Shown: piece by piece, positions 31,205 through 40,131 of the stretch
How positions within the stretch are numbered: position 1 is the first letter of the stretch
Layout: each line of letters opens with the position of its first letter
Origin: an uncultured bacterium
GTDB taxonomy: Bacteria; Actinomycetota; Thermoleophilia; Solirubrobacterales; 70-9
Direction of reading: 5' to 3'
DNA length: 64,000 bases
Assembly: GCA_965652565.1 (NCBI GenBank)
Contig: CBFGWL010000003.1
Coordinates: 22,457 to 86,456 of the forward strand
Made by a program: the position numbers and the translations under genes
The notes under the pieces: generated by a model
Told to the model about the DNA's origin: nothing
What the model saw: only the letters and a program-made list of their open reading frames with translations
The model's database searches: none

Positions 31205-32295
31205 GGGTCGGCGTCGTCACCAAGTGGTTCAACCGCGGCCAGCCGGTGGTCGGCCGTCACACGCGCTCGGCCCTGGACGCGCTCGGCCACGAGACGTTCG
31301 TGCTCGCGCGCCCGAAGAAGGAGCGAGGCCCGATGCCGGGCGCCCTCGCGCGCGACGGGGTGTGGGACCAGCCGGGCGTCACCGAGGCCTCCGCCTACGA
31401 CATCCCGCTCGCCGAGTACGTCAACTGGGTCGACCGCAACGGGATCGAAGCGATCTTCTGCGACCAGAACTACCAGTTCGACGAGCTCGCGAAGCTGCGC
31501 AACCGCGGCGTGCTGGTCATCGGCCGCTTCGTGTGGGAGCACTTCACCGCGGAGCACATCGAGGGCACCCGCCGCGCGTACGACCTCGTCTTCTCGATGA
31601 CGCGCGCCGAGCAGGAGCGCTACCGCGGCATGGGCCTGGACACGCCCTACGTGCCGTGGGGCTGCCACCCCGAGCTCGTCGCCGTGGGCGACGAGGTGCG
31701 CCGCGAGCCGGGCGAGACCGTGACGTTCGTCTTCCCCGGCGGCTTTTTGGGGCATCGGAAGCCGCTTGAGCCCGTGCTCGAGGCCTGGGCGCGCGTGCGC
31801 AGCCCGCGGGCGCGCCTGCTCGTCAAGGCGCAGGTGGAGCGCCGTCTGGAGGCCGCCGAGCGCGCGGCCGCCGCCGACGACCGGATCTCGCTGCGCATCG
31901 GCGACGAGCCCACGCCCGAGCATTTGCGCGCGGTCGCCGCCTGCGACGTGACCGTCTCGCCCGCGCGCTGGGAGGGGCTCGGCCTGCCGCTGTACGAGGC
32001 GGTGGCCTTCGGGCAGCCCGCGATCACCAACGCGACGCCGCCGATGGACGAGATCACGCTGCATGAGCGCAACGGCCTGCTCATCCCATCGCACCCGGAT
32101 GGCACGGCGCGCTCGGGCATCACCGCGCACGCCTTCGACGTGGACGCGATGGCGGCCGCGATCGAGCGCTTGGCCGAGGACGACGAGCTGCGCGAGCGGC
32201 TCGCGCAGGGCGCTCGCGAGCTGCGTGAAGGCGAGCGCGCGTGGCAGCGCACCGTCGATGGCTTCGCCTCGCTGCTAGAAATGGCCGCCGCATGA
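31201..32295 (+). CDS. GT1/GT4-type glycosyltransferase (paralog 3 of 3)
   Basis: The ATG overlaps the upstream TGA (ATGA). MRVGVVTKWFNRGQPVVGRHTRSALDALGHETFVLARP, VWDQPGVT and RWEGLGLPLYEA. Confidence 0.82.
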   Translation: MRVGVVTKWFNRGQPVVGRHTRSALDALGHETFVLARPKKERGPMPGALARDGVWDQPGVTEASAYDIPLAEYVNWVDRNGIEAIFCDQNYQFDELAKLRNRGVLVIGRFVWEHFTAEHIEGTRRAYDLVFSMTRAEQERYRGMGLDTPYVPWGCHPELVAVGDEVRREPGETVTFVFPGGFLGHRKPLEPVLEAWARVRSPRARLLVKAQVERRLEAAERAAAADDRISLRIGDEPTPEHLRAVAACDVTVSPARWEGLGLPLYEAVAFGQPAITNATPPMDEITLHERNGLLIPSHPDGTARSGITAHAFDVDAMAAAIERLAEDDELRERLAQGARELREGERAWQRTVDGFASLLEMAAA

Positions 32296-32335
32296 TCGAT
32301 TCTCCGTCACAGCGCCACGCCGCCCGGAGGCTCCC

Positions 32336-33268
32336 GTGAACTACGCCAAGCGCGCGCGGATCATCCTGGCGCGGCGCCGCCTGCGCGGCCAGACCCCGCC
32401 GCCCGGCCCGGCACCGTTCGTCTGCGGCGTGACGCGCTCGGGCACGACGCTGTTGCGGCTCATGCTGGACGCGCATCCCGACCTGGCCATCCCCGGCGAG
32501 ACGCACTGGGTGCCCAAGTTCATCAAGCGCCTCGAGAAGCGCAAGATGACCGCCGACGAGATGGCCGACTTCATCATCGAGAGCAAGCGCTGGCCGGACT
32601 TCCACCTCGACCCGGACGCCCTCCGGCAGCGCTTTCGCAGCCTCAAGCATCTGAACGCGGCCGACGCGATCCGTGCCTTCTACGGCCTCTACTCCGAGCG
32701 CGAGGGCAAGACCCGCTACGGGGACAAGACGCCCGGATACGTCCGCGAGATGCTGCGCCTGCAGCGGGTGCTGCCCGAGGCGCGCTTCATCCACATCATC
32801 CGCGATGGGCGCGACGTCGCCCTCTCGCATCTGCGCATGAACTGGGGCCCGGAGAGCTACGAGGAGTCGGCGCAGCTGTGGGTCGAGCGGATCACCACCG
32901 CCCGCCGGCAGGCGCCGAAGGTACGGCATTACACGGAGGTCAAGTTCGAGGACCTCGTGCGCGACACAGAGGGCGTACTGCGCAAGGTCTGCGACTTCAT
33001 CGAGCTCGACTACGACCCCTGCATGCTCGACTACCACGAGCGCGCCGAGCAGCGGCTGCGCGAGAAGGCCCGGGACCTCCCCCGGCGCAACCGCCCGGTG
33101 CAGACGGCGGAGGCGCGCATGGAGTCCCACCGGCTCGCCAAGGAGCCGCCGCGCGAGGACCGGCTCGGCATGTGGCGCCAGCGGATGAGCCCGGACGAGA
33201 TCGCAAGCTACGAGGCGATCGCGGGCCCCCTGCTCACCGAGCTCGGCTACGAGCTCGGCTCGAAGTAG
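32336..33268 (+). CDS. PAPS-type sulfotransferase (array member 6)
   Basis: GGAGG SD with a GTG start. PFVCGVTRSGTTLLRLMLDAHPDLAIPGETHW, RYGDKTPGY, RFIHIIRDGRDVALS and LLTELGY. Confidence 0.85.
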   Translation: MNYAKRARIILARRRLRGQTPPPGPAPFVCGVTRSGTTLLRLMLDAHPDLAIPGETHWVPKFIKRLEKRKMTADEMADFIIESKRWPDFHLDPDALRQRFRSLKHLNAADAIRAFYGLYSEREGKTRYGDKTPGYVREMLRLQRVLPEARFIHIIRDGRDVALSHLRMNWGPESYEESAQLWVERITTARRQAPKVRHYTEVKFEDLVRDTEGVLRKVCDFIELDYDPCMLDYHERAEQRLREKARDLPRRNRPVQTAEARMESHRLAKEPPREDRLGMWRQRMSPDEIASYEAIAGPLLTELGYELGSK

Positions 33269-33317
33269 CAAGCGCCCAAGCCGCAGCTGCCCCGGCCGAT
33301 TCTCGCCCCCGGCACTG

Positions 33318-33347
33318 TTGACGGCCGGGGTTGCGATCGGTTAGGAA
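33318..33347 (+). promoter_or_regulatory. candidate promoter for the RTX-like gene pair (TTGACG-18 nt-TAGGAA)
   Basis: Hexamers read by eye. It lies downstream of a 9-bp stem hairpin (CCCCGGCCG...CGGCCGGGG) that ends the sulfotransferase array. Confidence 0.35.
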
Positions 33348-33377
33348 TGCGCAAAGGCTTGTGACGGGAGGGAACCG

Positions 33378-34052
33378 ATGAGAAAGCGCGTGCTGGGCGC
33401 TGCCGCTCTGGCAGCGTGCTTTGCCTTGACCAGCGCCGCCACCGCGGCGGTGATCAAGGGGAGCAAGGACGACGAGGTGCTCGGGGGCACCCACAAGGCC
33501 GACCGGATCCAGGGCCGGGGCGGCCACGATCTGATCGGCGGGAACAACGGCAACGACCGGATCTCAGGGGGCGGCGGGAACGATCGCCTCTACGGCGGGC
33601 GAGGCAACGACGTCGTGCGAGGCGGACCCGGCGTCGACTTCTTGTTCGAAGGGGATCCGCTCGGCGGCGCCTGGATCACCCGCGCGCACACCCCACCCGC
33701 GCGCGGCATCGCCCATCACGACCTGCCGGGCAACGACAAGCTCTTCGGGGGCGGCGGGGCCGATTCCATCTACGGCTCGAAGGGCCGCGACCGCATCGAG
33801 GGACAAGGAGGCCATGACTTCCTGCAAGGCGGCCCCGGTGCGGACCTGATCAGGGGCGGCGCCGGTGAGGACACCATCTACGGCGACGCCGGGAAGGACA
33901 GGCTGTTCGGTGGCGCAGGCGACGACTACCTGAACGCCGTCGATGGCGCGCCGGGCGACAAGGTGGACTGCGGACCCGGCGACGACGAGGCCCAGGTCGA
34001 CCCCGGTGACGACGTGGCGGGCAACTGCGAAACGGTCTCGACCCCGGCCTGA
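33378..34052 (+). CDS. secreted RTX-like calcium-binding repeat protein
   Basis: Signal peptide, then GGxGxD nonapeptide runs (GGNNGNDRISGGGGNDRLYGGRGNDVVRGGPGVD) and a C-terminal CGPGDDEAQVD...GNCETV. Confidence 0.8.
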   Translation: MRKRVLGAAALAACFALTSAATAAVIKGSKDDEVLGGTHKADRIQGRGGHDLIGGNNGNDRISGGGGNDRLYGGRGNDVVRGGPGVDFLFEGDPLGGAWITRAHTPPARGIAHHDLPGNDKLFGGGGADSIYGSKGRDRIEGQGGHDFLQGGPGADLIRGGAGEDTIYGDAGKDRLFGGAGDDYLNAVDGAPGDKVDCGPGDDEAQVDPGDDVAGNCETVSTPA

Positions 34053-34069
34053 GCGAAGGGACGTACACC

Positions 34070-34771
34070 ATGAGGACACGCTTCAAGATCGCCGCGTTCG
34101 CCGCGTCGGTGACCCTGCTGAGCGCCACCTGCGCGCTCGCCGCGCAGATCCAGGGAACCAACCGCAACGAGATCCTCGGCGGCACGAAGAAGGCCGACGT
34201 GATCAAGGGCAAGGGCGGCAACGATCTGATCGGCGGGAACGGCGGCAACGACCGGATCGCCGGCAACGGCGGCCACGACACGCTGTACGGCATGAAGGGC
34301 AACGACACGGTTCACGGCGGGCCCGGCCAAGACGAACTGAACGAGGGCGTCGTGCTCGGCCTGCTCAACCGCGAGGCCGCGCCAGCTCCCGGGGCGGAGC
34401 GGAACCCCGCCCACCGCGGCATCGCGTTCGACCTGCCCGGCAACGACAAGCTGTACGGCGGAGGCGGGGGCGACGTGATCTACGCATCCGCGGGGCGCGA
34501 TCTCGTCGACGGCGGGCCCGGGTCGGACTACTACCTGCACGGCGGCCCCGGCAACGACCGGGTCCTGGGCAAGGGCGGTCATGACCAGCTCGATGGCGGC
34601 CCCGGCCGGGACGTGATCAACGGCGGCCCGGGCGACGACACGATCTACGCCGTCGACGATGAGCGCGACGAGATCATTTGCGGCCCCGGCGACGACGAGG
34701 CCGTGGTCGACGCCCAGGACGAGGTCGCCCCGGACTGCGAGACCGTGCACATCGGCGCCATCCCGTTTTAG
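34070..34771 (+). CDS. secreted RTX-like calcium-binding repeat protein (tandem paralog)
   Basis: Same architecture as the previous gene: GGNGGNDRIAGNGGHDTLYGMKGND... and CGPGDDEAVVD...PDCETV. Confidence 0.8.
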   Translation: MRTRFKIAAFAASVTLLSATCALAAQIQGTNRNEILGGTKKADVIKGKGGNDLIGGNGGNDRIAGNGGHDTLYGMKGNDTVHGGPGQDELNEGVVLGLLNREAAPAPGAERNPAHRGIAFDLPGNDKLYGGGGGDVIYASAGRDLVDGGPGSDYYLHGGPGNDRVLGKGGHDQLDGGPGRDVINGGPGDDTIYAVDDERDEIICGPGDDEAVVDAQDEVAPDCETVHIGAIPF

Positions 34772-34856
34772 GCACCGGAGGGTCGAGTCCGCTCGCCGTC
34801 CACGCGCCCGATCGCCGTGAGCCCTGCCCAACGGGCTTCAATAAGCTCGTGGGCCA

Positions 34857-37085
34857 GTGACCCAGCAGCCCGAGACAGCATCGAAGCACCGCGAGCTCGG
34901 GCTCACCGACTACGAGTACGAGCGCATCTGCGACCAGCTCGGGCGGGCGCCGAACGACGTCGAGCTGGCGATGTTCTCGCTGCTGTGGTCGGAGCACTGC
35001 GCGTATAAGCACTCGCGCAAGCTCCTGCGCCGGTTGCCGACCGAGGGCCCGCGGGTCGTCATGGGCCCGGGCGAGAACGCGGGCGCCGTGGACGTCGGAG
35101 AGGGCTACGCGGTCGCGTTCAAGGTCGAATCGCACAACCATCCGAGCGCCGTCGAGCCCTTCCAGGGGGCGGCCACCGGTGTCGGCGGGATCCTGCGCGA
35201 CGTCTTCGCGCTCGGCGCGCGACCCATCGCGCTGCTCGACTCCCTGCGCTTCGGGGAGCTCGATTCCGAGCGCTCGCGCTACCTCTTCGATCACGTCGTC
35301 GCCGGCATCGGCCACTACGGGAACTCGATCGGCGTCCCCACCGTAGGCGGCGAGGTCTACTTCGAGCCTCCCTACGAGCAGAACTGCCTCGTGAACGCGA
35401 TGTGCGTGGGCTTCGCGCGGACCGATGACATGATCCGCGCCGCCGCCGCGGGTGTCGGCAACATCGTCGTTCTGATGGGCGCCGCGACCGGGCGCGACGG
35501 CATCGGCGGCGCCTCGGTGCTCGCCTCCGCCGAGCTCGAGGAGGGCGACTCCTCGAAGCGCCCGACCGTGCAGATCGGCGACCCGTTCGAGGAGTCGAAG
35601 CTCCTGGAGTGCTGCCTCGAGCTGTTGCGCGAAGGCCTGCTGGTCTCCCTGCAGGACCTCGGCGCGGCGGGGCTCACGTCCTCGGGCGGCGAGATGGCGT
35701 CGGCCGGCGGAGTCGGCATCGACATCGACGTCGCCAAAGTGCCGTTGCGCGAGGCGGACATGGAGCCCTTCGAGATCATGGTCTCCGAATCGCAGGAGCG
35801 GATGCTCGCGGTCGTCGAGCCCGACAAGGTCGAGCGCGTGATCGAGGTCTGCCGGCGCTGGCAGACGGGCGCCGCGGCGGTGGGCGAGATCACCGACACC
35901 GGGCACTTCCGGGTGCTGCGCGACGGCGAGGTGGTGGGCGACATGCCGGTCGCCGCGCTCGTCGACGGCTGTCCGCTGTACGACCTCGAGCCCGCCGAGC
36001 CCGAGGGCTGGCTCTACGGCGAGCGGGCGGCAACTCTCGAGAACGACGCGTCGCCGGCCGAGACGCTGGCCGCGATCCTGGCCGCGCCCTCCGTGGCGTC
36101 GAAGCGCTGGGCGTTCGAGCAGTACGACTCGATCGTCGGGTCGCGCACGGTCCGCCGTCCGGAGAGCGCGGACGCCGCCGTGCTCACGCTCCCCGAGGCC
36201 GACACCGCGATCGCGGTATCGATCGACGGCAACGGTCGCCGCGTGGCATGCGACCCCTACCGCGGCACGATCGAGGTGCTCCTGGAGTGCGCGCAGAACC
36301 TCGCCTGCGTCGGCGCGGAGCCGCTCGGGCTCACCAACTGCCTGAACTTCGGCAACCCCGAGAAGCCCAATGTCGCCTGGCAGCTCGACCGCTCCGTGCA
36401 GGCGCTCGCCGACGGTTGCCGCGCCCTGGACATCCCGGTCGTCGGCGGCAACGTCTCGCTCTACAACGAGACCGACCGCGGCCCGATCTACCCGACGCCC
36501 GTGATCGGGCTCGTCGGCGAGCTGCCCGATCCCGGCGTGGCGCCGGGGGTCGCGCTGCGCCCCGGCGACGCCGTCGCGATCGCCGGCCCCTTCCAGCCGG
36601 ACCTCGCGGGCTCCGAGTTCGCCAAGCAGCGCGGCGCGCTCGGCCCGGGCCTGCCCGAGGCCGACCTCGACGCCCACCGGGCTGCGCTCGCTTTCATCCG
36701 CGGCGCTGCGCGCTCCGGGCGCGTGCGCGCCATCCACGACATCAGCGACGGTGGCTTCGCCGCGGCGCTGGCCGAGATGGCGATCGCGGGGGAAGTCGGG
36801 GTCGCGGTGGACGCCGGCGGCTTTCCGGGATTCAGCGGGCTCGACCCCGACACGGCGCTCTTCGGCGAGGGTCCGGGCGGGTACCTCTTGGCCGGCGGCC
36901 AAAAGGAGCTGCAGGAGCTCGCCGCCGATGCCGAGCGAGCCGGCGTGCCGATGACCCTGATCGGGGCCCAGGAAGGCGACGGCGTGCGGATCGCGGTTGG
37001 CGACGCGACGCTCGAGCTGCCGCTCGCCCGGGCGGCCGAGGCCTGGAACTCGCTCCCGGACCGCATGGGGCCGACGCAGCCTTGA
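34857..37085 (+). CDS. purL: FGAM synthase large subunit PurL
   Basis: 742 aa. LWSEHCAYKHS, KVESHNHPSAVEPFQGAATGVGG and the duplicated AIR-synthase-like fold pattern. Confidence 0.96.
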   Translation: MTQQPETASKHRELGLTDYEYERICDQLGRAPNDVELAMFSLLWSEHCAYKHSRKLLRRLPTEGPRVVMGPGENAGAVDVGEGYAVAFKVESHNHPSAVEPFQGAATGVGGILRDVFALGARPIALLDSLRFGELDSERSRYLFDHVVAGIGHYGNSIGVPTVGGEVYFEPPYEQNCLVNAMCVGFARTDDMIRAAAAGVGNIVVLMGAATGRDGIGGASVLASAELEEGDSSKRPTVQIGDPFEESKLLECCLELLREGLLVSLQDLGAAGLTSSGGEMASAGGVGIDIDVAKVPLREADMEPFEIMVSESQERMLAVVEPDKVERVIEVCRRWQTGAAAVGEITDTGHFRVLRDGEVVGDMPVAALVDGCPLYDLEPAEPEGWLYGERAATLENDASPAETLAAILAAPSVASKRWAFEQYDSIVGSRTVRRPESADAAVLTLPEADTAIAVSIDGNGRRVACDPYRGTIEVLLECAQNLACVGAEPLGLTNCLNFGNPEKPNVAWQLDRSVQALADGCRALDIPVVGGNVSLYNETDRGPIYPTPVIGLVGELPDPGVAPGVALRPGDAVAIAGPFQPDLAGSEFAKQRGALGPGLPEADLDAHRAALAFIRGAARSGRVRAIHDISDGGFAAALAEMAIAGEVGVAVDAGGFPGFSGLDPDTALFGEGPGGYLLAGGQKELQELAADAERAGVPMTLIGAQEGDGVRIAVGDATLELPLARAAEAWNSLPDRMGPTQP

Positions 37086-37156
37086 GCGACAACCGCGAAG
37101 TGCTCGGGCTCGAGATCTGGGTCCGGGTCCCCGACGACGAACGCCCTCGCCGCAAC

Positions 37157-37447
37157 ATGCGGCTACTGCTCAACTCGATCGCGATCGTTGCGGTCCTCGA
37201 CGTCCTGCTGCTCATCCCGCTCGTCTGGGCATCGCTCACCGACAACGACGGGCTCATCAGCGTGCTCGGCCCGATCCACGGGTTCGGCTTCATGCTGCTC
37301 GTCGGCATGTGCGTGCGCGGGGTCAGCAACCAGTGGTGGGGCTGGTGGTATCCGCTCTTCATCATCGTCACGCTGGGGCCGATCGGCTCGCTGGTCGGCG
37401 ACCTCTTCGTTCGCCGCCGCTACAACGCCGCGGTCGCGCGGAGCTAG
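37157..37447 (+). CDS. small integral membrane protein (DUF3817-like)
   Basis: 96 aa with three hydrophobic helices and a GPIHGFGFMLLV motif. Only the 3' end of track ORF 35609..37447 is taken as coding. Confidence 0.5.
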   Translation: MRLLLNSIAIVAVLDVLLLIPLVWASLTDNDGLISVLGPIHGFGFMLLVGMCVRGVSNQWWGWWYPLFIIVTLGPIGSLVGDLFVRRRYNAAVARS

Positions 37448-37450
37448 CCC

Positions 37451-38413
37451 ATGCGCGCGGTGGTCACGGGCGCGGGCGGGTTCATCGGCTCGCGCCTCGC
37501 CGCCCGGCTGCTCGACGACGGGCACGAGGTGCTCGGCATCGACAGGCTCTCCGATTACTACGAGCCGCAGCGCAAGCGTGCGGCGCTCGAGCGCCTCGCC
37601 GAGCGACCCGGCTTCCGGTTTTTGATCGGCGACCTGAACGAGCTCGACCTGAACGCCGCCTTTGCGGGCGCCGATACGGTCTTCCACCTCGCCGCGCAGC
37701 CCGGCGTGCGGTCGAGCTGGGGCCGCGAGTTCGGCATCTACCTCGCGGACAACGTCCACGCCACGCAGCGCATCCTCGACGCGCTCAGCGCCGCGCGTGG
37801 CCCGCGCCTGGTCTTCGCCTCCTCATCGTCCGTCTACGGCGACGCCGAGCGCTACCCCACGGACGAGACCGCCCCGCCGCAGCCGATCTCGCCGTACGGG
37901 CTCACCAAGCTGGCCGCCGAGCACCTCTGCCGGATGTACGCGCGTTCCGGGGTGGAGACGGTGGTGCTGCGCTACTTCACCATCTTCGGCCCCGGTCAGC
38001 GCCCCGACATGGCGTTCTGCCGGTTCATCGACGCCGCGCTTGGGGGCCGCGAGGTCGAGGTGCTCGGTGACGGCCGGCAGGTGCGCGACTTCACCTACGT
38101 CGACGACGCGGTCGCGGCCACGATCGCGGCCGGCGAGCGGGGCGTCGCCGGCGAGACCTACAACGTCGCGGGCGGCACCCAGGCGAGCGTGCTCGACGTG
38201 CTCGCGGCCCTCGAGGAGTTGGTGGGTGCGCCCGTGAAGCGCCGGCACCTGCCCGCCGCCGCCGGTGACGTCAAGCGCACGAGCGCCGATTCAGCGAAGG
38301 CTCGCCGCGAGCTCGGGTTCAATCCGCAGGTGAACCTGTTCGACGGTCTGCGCCGCCAGCTCGCCGCCCACCCGGGTGCGGGCCGCGAGCCGGGTCCGCT
38401 CATAGAGCAGTAG
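37451..38413 (+). CDS. NAD-dependent nucleotide-sugar epimerase/dehydratase (SDR)
   Basis: VVTGAGGFIGSRL Rossmann motif and catalytic YxxxK in SPYGLTKLAAE. Starts 3 nt after the preceding stop. Confidence 0.85.
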   Translation: MRAVVTGAGGFIGSRLAARLLDDGHEVLGIDRLSDYYEPQRKRAALERLAERPGFRFLIGDLNELDLNAAFAGADTVFHLAAQPGVRSSWGREFGIYLADNVHATQRILDALSAARGPRLVFASSSSVYGDAERYPTDETAPPQPISPYGLTKLAAEHLCRMYARSGVETVVLRYFTIFGPGQRPDMAFCRFIDAALGGREVEVLGDGRQVRDFTYVDDAVAATIAAGERGVAGETYNVAGGTQASVLDVLAALEELVGAPVKRRHLPAAAGDVKRTSADSAKARRELGFNPQVNLFDGLRRQLAAHPGAGREPGPLIEQ

Positions 38414-38438
38414 CACCGCCGCTCGCGCCACGCCTCCG

Positions 38439-39242
38439 CTACTCCTCTCCCCGGAGCGCGCGCAGGAAGTCGCGCAGGCGCGTGTCCTCCACCGCGTCCT
38501 CTGCGTCCGCCGCGGCATCGTAGGCCTCGCGCAGCCGGCCCGCGCGCCAGAGCTCGTACTGCTGCTTGCGCGCCCTGCCGACGCGCTCGGGGAGGTGCGG
38601 TTGCTCGGCGAAGGCGCTCCCGATCTGCACGACGCGGCGCTCGAACTGCGGGTAGCTGCGCATCTGGAAGTGCAAGACGTCGATCACGTCGGTCCGCAGC
38701 GTCTTGCCGACGCGCGGCGGCAGGCGCCGGTGGTTGCCCTTGCGGATGCGAAGCTCCGGGTGGGCGCGATGGACGATCTTGGGCGGCAGGGGCCTGCCGG
38801 CGGCGTTCAGGGAGACGCGCTCGCGGCGGGTCATCCGCTCCCACCAAGGCCCCGGCCCCTCGGGCGGCGGCAGGAAGTTGTAGCGCTGGGCGACGACCGC
38901 GCCCACCTTCGCCGGCAGGCCGGCGAGCATCTCCTTGAGCGTCCCGGAGCCCGGCAGCCAGAACTCGTCCCCGTCGTTGGGCAGCACCCAGTCCGCGCCC
39001 TCCTCGTGGACGGCGATGTGGACCATCTCGTTGACCCAGGGCTCTTGGTCATACACCCCGGGCTGGTGGATGAGCCGCAACAGGCCCCGCGCCGCGTACT
39101 CCTCGAGAATCTCCGTCGTGCCGTCGCTCGACCGGTTGTCCATGACGACGGCGAAATCGACGCCCTGCGCGAAGTGGAAGTCCAGGTTCTCCCGGACGAT
39201 GTCCGCCTCGTCGCGGACGAGAAGCGCCATGACCAAGCGCAT
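38439..39242 (-). CDS. GT2-like glycosyltransferase (paralog 3 of 3, lacks the basic tail)
   Basis: MRLVMALLVRDEADIVRENLDFHFAQGVDFAVVMDNRSSDGT, PNDGDEFWLP and VLHFQMRSYPQFERRV. Confidence 0.7.
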   Translation of the reverse strand: MRLVMALLVRDEADIVRENLDFHFAQGVDFAVVMDNRSSDGTTEILEEYAARGLLRLIHQPGVYDQEPWVNEMVHIAVHEEGADWVLPNDGDEFWLPGSGTLKEMLAGLPAKVGAVVAQRYNFLPPPEGPGPWWERMTRRERVSLNAAGRPLPPKIVHRAHPELRIRKGNHRRLPPRVGKTLRTDVIDVLHFQMRSYPQFERRVVQIGSAFAEQPHLPERVGRARKQQYELWRAGRLREAYDAAADAEDAVEDTRLRDFLRALRGEE

Positions 39243-39373
39243 GGACGCTATGCGCGGGTGCGCGTTGAGCCCGCGCGCGCCCGGTAACCTCGGCCGCCCG
39301 CGATCGAAGTGCGATTGGCCGAGTGGATCATGGTCGTCGACGATCTGGCGCGGTCACGGGTAGGTCCCCACAG

Positions 39374-40108
39374 ATGCCCAACGCCCTCCCATCATTGAGC
39401 GTGCGGATCGTAGCCGTGCTCGGCATGCACCGCAGCGGCACCTCGGCGCTCGCCGGCACCCTCGCGGAGCTCGGCGCCGACCTCGGCGACGCGCGCGAGG
39501 ACGTCCGCTTCCAGCCCAAGGGCAACAACGAGAGCCGGGCCATCGTGAAGATCCACAACCGGATCCTGCGCCGCAACGACGCGACCTGGTGGCGCCCGCC
39601 GACCCGGCCCGTGGAAATCCCACGGCGCCTCCGCCGGCGGCTGCGGGAGGTCCTGGCGACGTTCGAGGGGCCGCTCATCGGGGTCAAGGACCCGCGCATG
39701 CTGCTCGTCTACGACCTCTGGCGCGACCTTCCGGTGACCCCAATCGGCGTCTTTCGCAACCCGGTGGACGTCACGCGCTCGCTGCAGGCGCGAGCCAATG
39801 CCCGGGGCGAGCCGCTCGAGCTGCTCGACGACGAGCGCTGCCACGCGCTGTGGTCGCACTACAACCGCCTCCTGTTGGCCGAGCACGAGCGCGCGCCGTT
39901 CCCGCTGCTCAACTTCGACGAGGCCGAGTCCTTCGTGCCGCGGACCATCGCGGCCCTCCGCGCCCACGGCATCGAGGCGAGCGAGCCGCCGGGCTACTTC
40001 GAGCCCCACCTCACCACCAACCGGACCGCGGACTGGCGGGATGCGGTCGAGGAGCCGGTCGCCGCCCTCTACGACCAGCTCGTGGAGCGCGCCGAGCGGC
40101 CGCTCTAG
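39374..40108 (+). CDS. divergent sulfotransferase-fold protein
   Basis: IVAVLGMHRSGTSALAG (5'-PSB-like P-loop) and GVFRNPVDVTRSL (3'-PB-like). The start could be the ORF-track start at 39323 or the ATG at 39374. Confidence 0.55.
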   Translation: MPNALPSLSVRIVAVLGMHRSGTSALAGTLAELGADLGDAREDVRFQPKGNNESRAIVKIHNRILRRNDATWWRPPTRPVEIPRRLRRRLREVLATFEGPLIGVKDPRMLLVYDLWRDLPVTPIGVFRNPVDVTRSLQARANARGEPLELLDDERCHALWSHYNRLLLAEHERAPFPLLNFDEAESFVPRTIAALRAHGIEASEPPGYFEPHLTTNRTADWRDAVEEPVAALYDQLVERAERPL

Positions 40109-40131
40109 GAACTCCGCTCCGAGGACTCGCC

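Noticed and set aside
35609-37156. 612-aa +ORF overlapping purL out of frame
   Set aside because: Only the last 96 codons, after the purL stop, look like a real membrane protein. The rest is an Arg/Gly/Pro-rich alternative frame of purL.
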